In this document: one piece after another, positions 36,272-46,153 of the stretch
Position numbering within the stretch: position 1 is the stretch's first letter
Layout of the letters: the number at the start of each line of letters is the position of its first letter
Assembly: GCA_965207735.1 (NCBI GenBank)
Contig: OZ242296.1
Location: 3,448,782-3,512,781 of the forward strand
Direction of reading: 5' to 3'
Source: Candidatus Versatilivorator sp.
GTDB lineage: Bacteria; Acidobacteriota; Terriglobia; Versatilivoradales; Versatilivoraceae
Length of the DNA stretch: 64,000 nucleotides
Translations under genes and position numbers: made by a program
The notes under the pieces: model-generated
Seen by the model: only the letters and a program-made list of their open reading frames with translations
What the model was told of the DNA's origin: nothing
The model's database searches: none

Positions 36272-38365
36272 GGTGATATTAGCCCATCTTTAACACGGCT
36301 TCCAAGTATACGTTTATTATCAACAGGTTACAAAAGGCTCAACGCGCAAGTGGCACTACAAACGCGTTGAAACCGGAGATTTTGGAGGAATCAGACGATC
36401 ATCTTGCGGATCCCTCCAGGAGAGGGATCGATGCCCAGGGCGTCGTAGATGGCCCTCTGATCGGGTTCGGCCCGTGTGGCCTTGCGGACGTGCAAGGTCC
36501 GCCCGTCCTGACGCCGGAAGGTGACCGTGACCCGCTGCTGTCCTTCCAGGATGCGCCGCAGCGTGGTCCAACTGGAGGCCTCGCCGCGCTGCTTGAGGCG
36601 TTTGCGGATGACCTGCACCAGTTGATAGGCGATGACCGTCAGAAACAGGTGACCTTCCGAGCGCACCGGCTTGTGATGATAGATGGGCCGCAGGCCCAGC
36701 TCGGACTTCAGGGAGCGAAACACCGCTTCCACGTCGGTCAGAGTCGTGTAGGTACGCCAGAGACTTTCCTCGTCCCAGTCAGTCTGGTTGCTGCGCAGGC
36801 AGTAGACCCCCGGATGGGTGGCCATCGAGCCCTGGCGGGGACGGTGCTTCCATCTCAGCGCTGTCGCCTTGCGGCCGCTCTCGTCGGTGAGGACCTCGAT
36901 GCTGTAGTGTTGCCCCACCCCGCGGCTCTGTTCCTTCAGCCGCCCGATCCTCTCCCGGACCTTCTCGACGCCTTTGTGAGTCCGCGGCCGGGAAAGCCCC
37001 TCGGAGAGTCGGGTGAGCCCCTGCTCGAAGCGCCGGCTGAAGCGCTCCACGATGCCCTTCTCCTTCTCAGCCCGCTGCTGTGAGCGGCAGTAGAGACGCA
37101 CTTCCTGCCCGTCGTCGGAGATCTCCTTGTGGAGCTGCAGCTCGGCCTTGGAAGCCGTCTCCACCGTCACGGCCGCCTCGGCATCGAACTGCCTCCGGCC
37201 CTGGCGGCTGGCCACCAGGTAGCGATACCCTTCCTCCCTCAACCACTGGATCCGGTCCTCGGTCGCCACCCCCCGATCCATCACCACCAAGGCTCCCCGG
37301 GGCGCCTCCAGCGCCTCCAGCATCCCCTCCAGGGTGCGGGGCTCATCCACCCTACCGGCAAAGACCTCCGAGCGGCGCACAAACCCCGCCCCGTCCAGCA
37401 CCAACCCCAGCGTCAGCAGCCGACAGTCGCTGCGCTTGTCCTTCGAGTGGCCCCGCTCGGCCTTGGGCTGATGGCTGGCCGCCCCTTCGAAGAAGGTGTT
37501 GGTCAGATCGAACAGGGTGACGGTCGGCTCCAGATCGAACAACCCCATGGCCCGGGTGAAGAGGTGACGCTCGATGGCCTCCCGATGCTTCATCAGCGCG
37601 TCCGAGGCCCGATACATCTGCATCAGACTCAGGCTCTCGAAGTCAACCTCCAGCAACTCGCCCAAGCCGCTGCGCCGCCTGAGCCAGCCCCAGGTGGCCC
37701 TCTCCGAGCCCGGTCGGGCCAGACGGCCTACCATGGCCCCCAACGCCGCTGCCCGCATCGGTCCGTTCAGCCCTAACTCGGTCAGCAGATCCCCCAGCCC
37801 CAACTGCTCCAGCGCCCAGCAACCGACCTGCTCCACCCCCACGCTGCGCGGACGTGTCAAGGCCACCGAATCCACCTCGACCGTCTGCAGGTCCTCTGAG
37901 GCGGCCTCCCCGCCAACGCCGGTCACGTCGGCTTCGCCCTCAAGCAAGCGCTGGGCCATGCGTTGGGCTTCCTCCTCCAACGGGGTGGAAGCCACCGGCA
38001 AGAGAGGCAACTGACCGGTGAGGATCTGATCGAGACGGCGGCACAACAAGGGCCAGTCCTCACGGGGGATCGAGAAGTGTCGACCGAGGTTGAGGAGGGT
38101 CTGCTGGCGGACCTTGCCACTGACGCGATGGGAGCGGACGAGGCGGTGGGTGAAGTAGGTCTGTCCGGAATGGAGGCTGCGGGTCTGGGTGCGTCGGATG
38201 AACATGGGAGGGACGCTACCAGAGGAGAGAGAGGGGGTCAAGCCCATCCCATACGATTATGGCACTACATTCACCTCCTCAACCAAGAATCAACAACTTA
38301 CGGGTGGTTTTAGGCTAAAATGGGGGTAAAATACCTCAAATCGGCCGTTTCTTTGTTAAAGATGG
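36272..38365. mobile_element. IS1634-family insertion sequence
   Basis: Imperfect terminal IRs: tagcccatctttaaca (36275-36290) with tgttaaagatgggtta (38346-38361 on + strand). A single transposase gene lies inside. Inserted between the DUF2806 stop (38371) and hsdR. Confidence 0.55.
36391..38247 (-). CDS. IS1634/IS4-family transposase
   Basis: 618 aa. FDLTNTFFEG DDE region and typical IS1634 length and architecture. Confidence 0.8.
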   Translation of the reverse strand: MGLTPSLSSGSVPPMFIRRTQTRSLHSGQTYFTHRLVRSHRVSGKVRQQTLLNLGRHFSIPREDWPLLCRRLDQILTGQLPLLPVASTPLEEEAQRMAQRLLEGEADVTGVGGEAASEDLQTVEVDSVALTRPRSVGVEQVGCWALEQLGLGDLLTELGLNGPMRAAALGAMVGRLARPGSERATWGWLRRRSGLGELLEVDFESLSLMQMYRASDALMKHREAIERHLFTRAMGLFDLEPTVTLFDLTNTFFEGAASHQPKAERGHSKDKRSDCRLLTLGLVLDGAGFVRRSEVFAGRVDEPRTLEGMLEALEAPRGALVVMDRGVATEDRIQWLREEGYRYLVASRQGRRQFDAEAAVTVETASKAELQLHKEISDDGQEVRLYCRSQQRAEKEKGIVERFSRRFEQGLTRLSEGLSRPRTHKGVEKVRERIGRLKEQSRGVGQHYSIEVLTDESGRKATALRWKHRPRQGSMATHPGVYCLRSNQTDWDEESLWRTYTTLTDVEAVFRSLKSELGLRPIYHHKPVRSEGHLFLTVIAYQLVQVIRKRLKQRGEASSWTTLRRILEGQQRVTVTFRRQDGRTLHVRKATRAEPDQRAIYDALGIDPSPGGIRKMIV

Positions 38366-38370
38366 GTTAG

Positions 38371-39414
38371 TCATGTAGAACGATCTACAACGAATGGCTG
38401 CCGACCGGCAACTTCGGTCATTTGTAGATGTTTCGCCTTGAAAAACTTTATGAGCGCTTGAGCGTACTTGTCCATAGGCTCCAAATCGACGATCACTGAT
38501 AACTCCTGGCCTGAGCAGGTCAAAGCCACTCCTGACAACTCAAATTTTTGGTTTACAGTACGTTTGGCTGTAGGTAACAAGACCCAATATCGGCCCTGAA
38601 AACTGAAGGGATAACGTACCATCTTCGGCCTAGTTTCGTCCGAAAACACCCCGATACACGCCCTGCAGTCAAACCAAGAATTATAATCGGAGATTATGAG
38701 CCCATGCTCGTTGAGCACGTTGAGGTTGCCAAAGTCGAGTCCGTATTCTTGCAGCGCATTGCTTGCTGCATTACTGCCCAATGAAGGAACTCTGGCATCA
38801 ATGAACTGATTCTCATCCAGTCTGATTGATACACAGGCAGAGCACAGCGTTCTAAAAAGGGCAGCGGACGCCCGATCAAGATTTTTCAGAATGCTTAGAG
38901 TTTTGATGGACGTGCTTCTGGGCCGTTCAACCTCGCCAGCGAGTACTTTCGCCCAAAGTGTTTGCATCTCGCGCGAAGATACATCTTGTATTTCGCTAAA
39001 GAACCGAGCAGTCCAGTCGTGATCAGGCTCTTGATTCGGGACGTCTTTTCCCCCTAGCTGCGCGGCAGCTTGCCTCACGACCGCTCCAATATTTCCTTGT
39101 CTCTTCTCCTCTTGGAATTGAATTCTCTGGTTCACCGTCTCGGCAATGGTCAACTGTCCCCGTATGGCTGTGTTTGAGGGTGTTAGTCTCTCGCGCGCGT
39201 CCGCTTGTGCGATTGCGATAGTCTGCAATGCGCTTGATTGCCCTTCAGCCAGAATTTTTTGGGCCGTTACGTCGCCATCTGCAGCTATCCGCTTAGCTTC
39301 AGCTTCTCGCCGTGCTCTCCAAGACGCCAACATTGGACCAGCAACGCTACCTATTCCGCTCGCTGCATAATCCAATAGTTTTTCTAGCGCAGGAACATTT
39401 ACGTTTAAGTCCAC
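38371..39414 (-). CDS. DUF2806 domain protein
   Basis: WTARFFSEIQDVSSREMQTLWAKVLAGEV...TLSILKNLD block is characteristic of DUF2806. Lower GC than the flanks. Confidence 0.6.
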   Translation of the reverse strand: MDLNVNVPALEKLLDYAASGIGSVAGPMLASWRARREAEAKRIAADGDVTAQKILAEGQSSALQTIAIAQADARERLTPSNTAIRGQLTIAETVNQRIQFQEEKRQGNIGAVVRQAAAQLGGKDVPNQEPDHDWTARFFSEIQDVSSREMQTLWAKVLAGEVERPRSTSIKTLSILKNLDRASAALFRTLCSACVSIRLDENQFIDARVPSLGSNAASNALQEYGLDFGNLNVLNEHGLIISDYNSWFDCRACIGVFSDETRPKMVRYPFSFQGRYWVLLPTAKRTVNQKFELSGVALTCSGQELSVIVDLEPMDKYAQALIKFFKAKHLQMTEVAGRQPFVVDRST

Positions 39415-39556
39415 AGCCTTTGCTCCCGACCGGTTGGGTCCAAACTACCCATGGCTCTGTTATCTGACCATCAACTAGGATTGTGCTCTGTTTCCCCCAA
39501 CCGGTAGCTTCCCAGAGAATACCTTCGGCAGCAGCGAGTCACTGAGGGCGGCGAGA

Positions 39557-40402
39557 CTACCACTCAATTGGAGTCAACCTTGGACTCAGTTTGTCGGCAA
39601 CTTTGGGCACCCAACTGTCATTGTGGCGATAAAACACGAAGCGCTCCGCCATAAAGGCCACACGACGATCAATTTCCTTGACTAGCGGCGGCCTCGCCTG
39701 AACGAAAAAAAGCCCCTCACGCGGCCCCTGCCAACAGCCGTATAATGCAACGTGAGATGACAAAGGGAAACTGAACTCCCCAAAAGGCGGTTTCAACCCG
39801 TACCCCTCATCGAAGAACACCGGATTGTCACAGGTGAGAAAGTAATGTGAGTCGTCTGCTATGATAACTCTCCATGTCATGGAAAAGATGCAGTGAATCA
39901 TAACCGGCGAAATCCATTGACGACGGATAAGAGCGTCTTTCATTGAAAGTCGCTTGCTGTCAAATTTCCCCTCCCATTCCTCGATCTCGTGTAGTAGTTC
40001 TTCCTGCGATAAATTGAATCTCGATGCCTCTAACCCAAGATTTCCTTTGATCTCTGATAACAGTTCGCTTTTCACTTGAGGGGCTTTCTCAATCATTTTT
40101 CGCCTATTACGCGGCCCCCTCTTGATCATTGATTCCAAATAAACTGCGACTGCTCGTCTACCTTCCACTCCAACCTCCTGGCCATTTCGCAGTCGATCGA
40201 GCGGATCTTGAGCGGGACCTTCGATCTGGTCGCTCAACGCACGCTCATCTTCCTCACTATAAAATCCGCTCGATTGCGCCACATTCTTAATCGGAAGTCG
40301 TTTAAACTCCTTCGAACATTTGTCATACATCCAGCTTTTGTCCGGGTCCTCCGGTGTTGCAAAGTGGCGTAGGTAGTGTTGTGGAAGGTAGTGCTGTCCC
40401 AT
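39557..40402 (-). CDS. DUF4238 domain protein
   Basis: N-terminal QHYLPQHYLRHF matches the DUF4238 signature (HYxPQxYLxxF). Confidence 0.65.
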   Translation of the reverse strand: MGQHYLPQHYLRHFATPEDPDKSWMYDKCSKEFKRLPIKNVAQSSGFYSEEDERALSDQIEGPAQDPLDRLRNGQEVGVEGRRAVAVYLESMIKRGPRNRRKMIEKAPQVKSELLSEIKGNLGLEASRFNLSQEELLHEIEEWEGKFDSKRLSMKDALIRRQWISPVMIHCIFSMTWRVIIADDSHYFLTCDNPVFFDEGYGLKPPFGEFSFPLSSHVALYGCWQGPREGLFFVQARPPLVKEIDRRVAFMAERFVFYRHNDSWVPKVADKLSPRLTPIEW

Positions 40403-40453
40403 TGTTCCTGAAGTTTCAGCTTAATCGACGTGAACGATGCCGAGGTCCGAGGT

Positions 40454-41803
40454 TCAACTTGTCTTGTGCGCCGCTTGCTTTCCGTCCCGTAACTTGCCCG
40501 AGATGAGTTTAGGCAGAAGCGCGTCTCGGACAGCTGTGAGGAAACGGGATTCTTGAATTGAAGAAACGATGCGATCAATCGGTGGCTGAATCGACCTAGT
40601 GAAGACCGCCGCCAATTTCTGACGGGGCAATGGAACTTGATAACGGGACATGTCGGTCCAGTTCGTGCGCGGCATTCTTGTCCCAGTGGATGTGGCGTCT
40701 GTGTAATGCACAAACTCGGAGCTCGACGCATGACCGAGCACGAAACCAAACCATTCATCGGACACTGGAGAGATGACCACAATGTCGGTTGAACATACAC
40801 CTCCAATAGGAGCGACACCTACCTTGTGGAAGTACGGCCGGAGTTTGCCGAAGAGAATGTCGCGTTGCTCGAACCTGAACTTACTGCTAGCCAAACCACC
40901 CGCCGTACCCCATTGCGAAAGTGCGATACAACGCTTGGGCATGTGCTCAAGCGCGATGTAGGGGGTGCCGGCGTCAATTTGTTCTGGACTCACTCCACGC
41001 CGACGTTGGGCTGCACACTCCCCCAACGGCTTCACCTCCCATCCCTCCGGTATCGGACCGAGTTCAGAGTCCACAAAGCTGTCGGGGAATAGGGCCGCGA
41101 TGTCGGGTTCCATGCTGTTGAGGTAAGCGCGGGCCCGTTCGACACTCCAATCATTCCCCTCTTTATGGGGAGTCGCAGCGTGATGTTTGAGGGTGGCTTT
41201 GGCGTGGACGGGGTCGAAGTCGACGAACCAGGATTTGAACAGCGCCCGAGCCATCTCCTCCAGCGTCTGGTTCATCCGCCGGTTCAACTCGATCTTGTCG
41301 TCGAGCGAACCGAGGATGTGGGCGATGGCGCGCTGTTCCGGGAGAGAAGGCACTGGCAGACAGAAACCTGGAATGTCAGCGCATTTCAAACTGTCGAAGA
41401 CCGCTCCAACGTTGATATACATGGCAACTTGCTCCCACCATCGAGGACCACGCACAAGCCAACGCAAGAAAGGCTTGAAGATCTTTGTCCCATCGGATCG
41501 GAGCAAGACCAGATTCTGACCCAGCGCGAATTGGAGACTCTTCGGCACAAATCCGGTCTCTCCGGGATTGCACCGTCGAGAGAGAACGATATCGAATGGT
41601 TCGGGATGAGCTTTCCGCGTCCATTCATCAAAGTGTTTACGTGTGATCCGGCGAACTCCATTCAGATTGATTCGGCCGTCCTTGACCTGAGGGATAGCGA
41701 CGTAGGGATAACCGCGTTCTGAAGCCGGTGGAGTACGGTGCTCGCAGTCGATCAGTGAAACACCCGCCTCACGCAGCGACATAATCAGCCACTCACTCGC
41801 CAT
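40454..41803 (-). CDS. hsdS: type I restriction-modification specificity subunit
   Basis: Two target-recognition domains separated by conserved central and distal helices. Typical HsdS length (449 aa) and position between hsdM and hsdR. Confidence 0.8.
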   Translation of the reverse strand: MASEWLIMSLREAGVSLIDCEHRTPPASERGYPYVAIPQVKDGRINLNGVRRITRKHFDEWTRKAHPEPFDIVLSRRCNPGETGFVPKSLQFALGQNLVLLRSDGTKIFKPFLRWLVRGPRWWEQVAMYINVGAVFDSLKCADIPGFCLPVPSLPEQRAIAHILGSLDDKIELNRRMNQTLEEMARALFKSWFVDFDPVHAKATLKHHAATPHKEGNDWSVERARAYLNSMEPDIAALFPDSFVDSELGPIPEGWEVKPLGECAAQRRRGVSPEQIDAGTPYIALEHMPKRCIALSQWGTAGGLASSKFRFEQRDILFGKLRPYFHKVGVAPIGGVCSTDIVVISPVSDEWFGFVLGHASSSEFVHYTDATSTGTRMPRTNWTDMSRYQVPLPRQKLAAVFTRSIQPPIDRIVSSIQESRFLTAVRDALLPKLISGKLRDGKQAAHKTS

Positions 41804-41806
41804 TCC

Positions 41807-42127
41807 TTACTCCTCTCTCCCCACCAACACCACATGATCGCGTTCGATCTCGTGGTGAAAGCTCTGCGGCAGCCGCGCCCAGTCCCGCGCTTCCACCAGG
41901 AAAGGAATGGTGGAGTCACGTAGCGCCTCCTCGAAGTCGGCCAACCGTGAGAGATCAATCTTGGCGAGGCCGGAGCCGCGTAACACCAGATCCAGGTCGC
42001 TGCCTTCGTGGCTTCGGCCACTGACGCGGCTGCCATAGGCCCACACCTCCACACCGGGCAGATGCCGGCGCAGCAGCGCCTCGATCTGCTGCCGGTGCCT
42101 CGGCGACAGATGGAACCGCTCAGTCAT
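41807..42127 (-). CDS. mntA: MntA-type nucleotidyltransferase antitoxin
   Basis: Pol-beta NTase motif VWAYGSRVSGRSHEGSDLDLVL. Overlaps hepT by 8 nt. Confidence 0.7.
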   Translation of the reverse strand: MTERFHLSPRHRQQIEALLRRHLPGVEVWAYGSRVSGRSHEGSDLDLVLRGSGLAKIDLSRLADFEEALRDSTIPFLVEARDWARLPQSFHHEIERDHVVLVGREE

Positions 42128-42542
42128 CTTCCTCCTCTTCGATCACCTCGGCCAATTCCCTTGCATCGGCGAGAAAGGCTGGCAAGATCTCCAGGGTGGA
42201 TTCGGCAAAGTCTTTGCCGTAATTGTGGGCGGTATCGTTGCGATTGTCGCGGTACTTCAGCCAGCGTTCGCAGGTGTCCAGGTCGATCAGGTCATGCTTG
42301 GCCGCGTGCCGGAACAGATCCTTGAATACAAGGCGGTCCGCTTGGCGGTTGCTGGCGAAATAGGCGCCGAGACGCTTCTTCAGCAACTTGCCGCTCTGCT
42401 CCAGCACAATTTCAAACTCCTTGACGCAGGCCGCGCGATAGATGTCGTAGGTAATGTCATCCGGGTCGCTGCGCTTGAGTTCATTCAAGGCGCGCTCCAA
42501 CGTGTTGAGGCAGCGTCTTAGGAATTCCGTGTTGATGTTCAT
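42120..42542 (-). CDS. hepT: HepT-type nucleotidyltransferase substrate-binding toxin (HI0074 family)
   Basis: HI0074-family helical protein with the RDxxxH-like motif ([12 protein letters not shown]). Nested between hsdM and hsdS. Confidence 0.7.
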   Translation of the reverse strand: MNINTEFLRRCLNTLERALNELKRSDPDDITYDIYRAACVKEFEIVLEQSGKLLKKRLGAYFASNRQADRLVFKDLFRHAAKHDLIDLDTCERWLKYRDNRNDTAHNYGKDFAESTLEILPAFLADARELAEVIEEEEDD

Positions 42543-44167
42543 GATCCCTCACCATCCCCAAAGCCCAACTGCGTCAGGTTTTTCTCAATGGCCGCATCCA
42601 GTCTAACTGCCTCGGCCTGCTGCTTGCGCCACTGGGCGGCGAGACGCTTCATCTTTTCCTCGAACGGCTCGCCGTCGTCTTCCTGCGCTTCCGCCCCGAC
42701 GTAGCGGCCGGGGGTGAGCACATGGCCGTGCTTGCGAACCTCCTCCAGGGTGACGCTCTTGCAGAAGCCCGGAACGTCCTTGTACTCGTCAGCGCCACCC
42801 TCATCCCGTTCCTCCTCCTTCGAGGGAGCGGAAACACGGTTGCGCCAAGCCTGGTAGGTTTCGGCGATGCGGGCAATGTCCTCCTGGGTCAACTCGCGGT
42901 GGGTGCGGTCCACCATGCGGCCGAGCTTCCTTGCATCGATGAACAGGATCTCACCGCTCCGCTCACGTCGGCGCGCCAGAAACCAGAGGCAGGCGGGAAT
43001 CTGGGTGGAGTAGAAGAGTTGGCCCGGCAAAGCGATCATGCAGTCCACCAGGTTGGCTTCGATCAGGGACCGGCGGATGTTCCCCTCGCCCGACTGGCTT
43101 GACGACATGGAGCCGTTGGCGAGCACGAAGCCGGCCGCGCCGGCGGGCGACAGGTGGTGGACCATGTGCTGCACCCAGGCGAAGTTGGCGTTGCCCTTGG
43201 GTGGGACGCCGTATTGCCAGCGCTGGTCCTGGGTGAGCCGCTGGCCGCCCCAGTCGGAGACGTTGAAGGGTGGATTGGCCAGGATGAAGTCGGCCTTGAG
43301 GTCGGGATGGCGGTCGTTGTGGAAGCTGTCGCCGTGGGCGATCTGGCCCTCGATGCCCCGAATGGCCAGGTTCATCTTGGCCAGTCGCCAGGTGGTGTAA
43401 TTGGATTCCTGGCCGTATATGGAGATGTCGCCCCTGGCCTGTCCGCCGTTGCCGTTGCCGCTGGCGTGAGCCCGTATGAATTCCACCGACTGGACGAACA
43501 TGCCGGAGGAACCGCAACAGGGATCGTAAACGCGACCCCGCCAGGGCTCCAGCATCTCCACCAGCAGCTTGACTACGCAGCGGGGGGTGTAGAACTCGCC
43601 GCCCTTCTTGCCCTCGGCGCTGGCGAACTGGGAGAGAAAGTACTCGTAGACACGGCCCAGCACGTCCTTGGATTGGGCTTCCTTGTCTCCCACCCGGATG
43701 TTGCTGACGAGGTCGATGAGTTGGCCCAGTCGCTGCTTGTCGAGGGAGGGGCGGGCGTAGTCCTTAGGCAGCACGTCCTTGAGCACCCGGTTGTCGTGCT
43801 CGATGCCGGCCATGGCGCCGTCGACGAGCTGGCCGATGGTAGACTGGCGGGCTTGGGACTTCAGATTCGCCCAGCGTGCCTCCGGCGGCACCCAAAAGAT
43901 ATTCTCGGCGATGTACTCGTCACGGTCCTCGGCGGCCTCGCTGCCCCATTCGGCCACAACCGCCGCATGGCGCTCTTCGAAGGCGTCGGAGATGTACTTC
44001 AGAAAGACGAGGCCCAAGACGACGTGCTTGTACTCGGCGGCGTCCATGTTGCCGCGCAAGGCGTCCGCCATCTTCCAAAGCTGGGCCTCGTAGCCCGTGA
44101 TGGCGCCGTCGCCCCCGGGCTTTGCGTCTGTCTTGGAGGCTGTTTTCCCCGATTGTGCGCTTGCCAT
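42539..44167 (-). CDS. hsdM: type I restriction-modification DNA methyltransferase subunit M
   Basis: HsdM N-terminal domain ([23 protein letters not shown]). N6-MTase motifs ([14 protein letters not shown]). Confidence 0.9.
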   Translation of the reverse strand: MASAQSGKTASKTDAKPGGDGAITGYEAQLWKMADALRGNMDAAEYKHVVLGLVFLKYISDAFEERHAAVVAEWGSEAAEDRDEYIAENIFWVPPEARWANLKSQARQSTIGQLVDGAMAGIEHDNRVLKDVLPKDYARPSLDKQRLGQLIDLVSNIRVGDKEAQSKDVLGRVYEYFLSQFASAEGKKGGEFYTPRCVVKLLVEMLEPWRGRVYDPCCGSSGMFVQSVEFIRAHASGNGNGGQARGDISIYGQESNYTTWRLAKMNLAIRGIEGQIAHGDSFHNDRHPDLKADFILANPPFNVSDWGGQRLTQDQRWQYGVPPKGNANFAWVQHMVHHLSPAGAAGFVLANGSMSSSQSGEGNIRRSLIEANLVDCMIALPGQLFYSTQIPACLWFLARRRERSGEILFIDARKLGRMVDRTHRELTQEDIARIAETYQAWRNRVSAPSKEEERDEGGADEYKDVPGFCKSVTLEEVRKHGHVLTPGRYVGAEAQEDDGEPFEEKMKRLAAQWRKQQAEAVRLDAAIEKNLTQLGFGDGEGS

Positions 44168-44371
44168 GGTTTCCTTTTCTCTCAGGCAATCGATGGGTCG
44201 TTAACTGCTTCCGGCTCTGGCCTCCGGAACTGCCGGGCAACTACACCGGGTGGTCCTTCCTTGGAGTTCTCTTCACTGTAATCGTGAGCCGTACCGATGC
44301 AGTCGTCGGCGCAATCCAACCCTTCCTGCAGCGGCACGGCAAACCGCTGCACAGTTGACGTCGCCCCGGTG

Positions 44372-44662
44372 CTACCTGCCCGCGGCCGCCGTGGGCAGTT
44401 CACGCACGGCAGCGCCGGCCCGTTGCTGAGCGACGGCGAGGTCGAATTGTGTCTGGAGGTTCAGCCAGAATTGGGGGTCTATTCCGAACCAGTGCCCGAA
44501 CCGTAACGCGGTATCGCCGGTTACGGAACGCTTGCCGGCGATGATTTGACTTACCCGGTTGGGTGGCACATCAATCTGACGGGCAAATGCCGTAGGGCTC
44601 ACGCCAAACTCGGCCAGCTCGTCTCTCAGAATCTCGCCAGGGTGAACGACGCGCTTCAACAT
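44372..44662 (-). CDS. higA: HigA-family antitoxin (HTH)
   Basis: HPGEILRDELAE...VSPTAFARQIDVPPNRVSQIIAGKRSVTGDTALRF. Confidence 0.75.
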   Translation of the reverse strand: MLKRVVHPGEILRDELAEFGVSPTAFARQIDVPPNRVSQIIAGKRSVTGDTALRFGHWFGIDPQFWLNLQTQFDLAVAQQRAGAAVRELPTAAAGR

Positions 44663-44682
44663 GCCAACGTCCCTCCTCTCGA

Positions 44683-44964
44683 CTAATGGTAGTCCACAAT
44701 CTCAACGCCGGTTGGCCCCGGACCATCGGGCCAAGCAAAGCAGATGCGCCATTGCCGATTGATGCGGATGGAATACTGTCCTTCTCTCTCGCCACTGAGG
44801 GCTTCCAGGCGATTGCTTGGCAGTGCCCTCAGGGTGTACAGCGAGGGCGCTGCGTTCAGGATGGCCAGCCGCTTGGATGCTTGCAGTTCGAACCCCTGGA
44901 ATGCGGCTACGAACTCGCCGGCGGCGAAGCGCTCCGTGCGCTTGTCCCTATAGCTGAGTATCAT
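44683..44964 (-). CDS. higB: HigB toxin (RelE/ParE superfamily)
   Basis: QYSIRINRQWRICFAW...VEIVDYH C-terminus is typical of HigB/RelE-like killer proteins. Sits upstream of higA. Confidence 0.75.
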   Translation of the reverse strand: MILSYRDKRTERFAAGEFVAAFQGFELQASKRLAILNAAPSLYTLRALPSNRLEALSGEREGQYSIRINRQWRICFAWPDGPGPTGVEIVDYH

Positions 44965-44997
44965 GCGGGAGTAGCATATGGACTATGACGCTTGACG

Positions 44998-45403
44998 TCA
45001 AGAGTCATAGGGGTTGAACACCGGAACGCCCGTCGGCTCGAAGTGCTTGACGTTGCGGATCACCACGGTCAGGCCGGGCTCCAGCGCCGTGGCGGCAATG
45101 ATCAGGTCCGCCGCGCCCAAGGTCGCCGGACAGACGCCCCCACCGGCGTGCAGTGGGGACGTCGACGTCGAGAACCCGGTCGCCGTACCAGGCGAGCACT
45201 CTGTCAAGCCAGATGGACAACTCCCGGGCGAACGATGGGTCACGGCGCTGCTGTTGGGCGATTCCATGCTCTATTTCGCCAATGGTCACTGCGCTCAGGT
45301 ACAGGTCTGCCGTCCGCTGGGCCTGCAACCACCGGACCATCTCCGGATGGCGGTCCCGTCGTCGCAGCGCCGACAGCACGTCGGTGTCAATCAGGAACAT
45401 CAC
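44998..45403 (-). pseudogene. vapC: vapC (PIN toxin) with an apparent -1/+1 frameshift
   Basis: The N-terminal PIN half (MMFLIDTDVLSALRR...LSAVTIGEIE) is in frame 45005..45403. The C-terminal half (ADLIIAATALEPGLTVVIRNVKHFEPTGVPVFNPYDS) is in a different frame (44998..45267). The switch is near the C5 run at ~45140. Confidence 0.6.
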
Positions 45404-45654
45404 AGGTCCAGCGGGCGGGTCGGTAATGGCAGTCTGTCGAAATCCTGGTCATCCCGCGGGATTTCCAGCAGCAACCCGGCCAGCGTCGGCGCATTGGCTT
45501 TCTCCAAACGGCACAGGCGCTCGTACTCTTCTGCCGCCAGCACGACGACGGCAGGCTTGCCACGGCGGGTCACCCGCTGTGGTGCGCCGCCGAGGGCGGC
45601 GTCGACCACGGCGCTGAAGCGGTTCTTGGCGTCCTGCAAGGGCCAGTCGGTCAT
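45400..45654 (-). CDS. Phd/YefM-family antitoxin
   Basis: WPLQDAKNRFSAVVDAA..GAPQRVTRRGKPAVVVLAAEEYERL. Overlaps the vapC start by 4 nt. Confidence 0.7.
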   Translation of the reverse strand: MTDWPLQDAKNRFSAVVDAALGGAPQRVTRRGKPAVVVLAAEEYERLCRLEKANAPTLAGLLLEIPRDDQDFDRLPLPTRPLDL

Positions 45655-45746
45655 GTGTGTTCTCCTGTCTAGACTAACTGGCTAGATTTTGCTGCAGGGC
45701 GGGGCACAGCTTCAAGAGGCATAACCACTTGCGGAAAGCGTCTCCA

Positions 45747-46001
45747 TCAATCCAGCCCATCGGCAACCGCCGCCTCCAGAGCGCTCCAGTCTTCCTGTTC
45801 AGCGGCCATGGCGCCATAGGTCTCTTCCCAGGAGAGCCTGTTCTTTTGCTTGCTATACAAAAGGACTCCGTCCTCCCTCTCCTCCAGGACAAGCGTTCCG
45901 CTCCAGCCATGCCTTTGCAAAAGGACCCTTGGGAGTACGATTGCTTTGGAGTGGCCGATAGCAATCAGCTTGACGACTCTTGTAATCCGTGGTTTGGCCA
46001 T
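45747..46001 (-). CDS. AbrB/MazE-family antitoxin-like protein (solo)
   Basis: MAKPRITRVVKLIAIGHSKAIVLPRVLLQ has a SpoVT/AbrB swapped-hairpin signature. No cognate toxin is adjacent. Confidence 0.5.
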   Translation of the reverse strand: MAKPRITRVVKLIAIGHSKAIVLPRVLLQRHGWSGTLVLEEREDGVLLYSKQKNRLSWEETYGAMAAEQEDWSALEAAVADGLD

Positions 46002-46153
46002 TTTCAAGGGTCCATTGAACAAGCAAACGAAATTACAGCAATTACCATCTCGGCCGCCGTGTCGCTTGATTGACGTGCCTAAGATAAAAAAATCGTACCA
46101 TAATGGGCGGTCGGCTAGTCGGCCGGAAGCAGGTGCCCGATCGGGGGTAGGTC

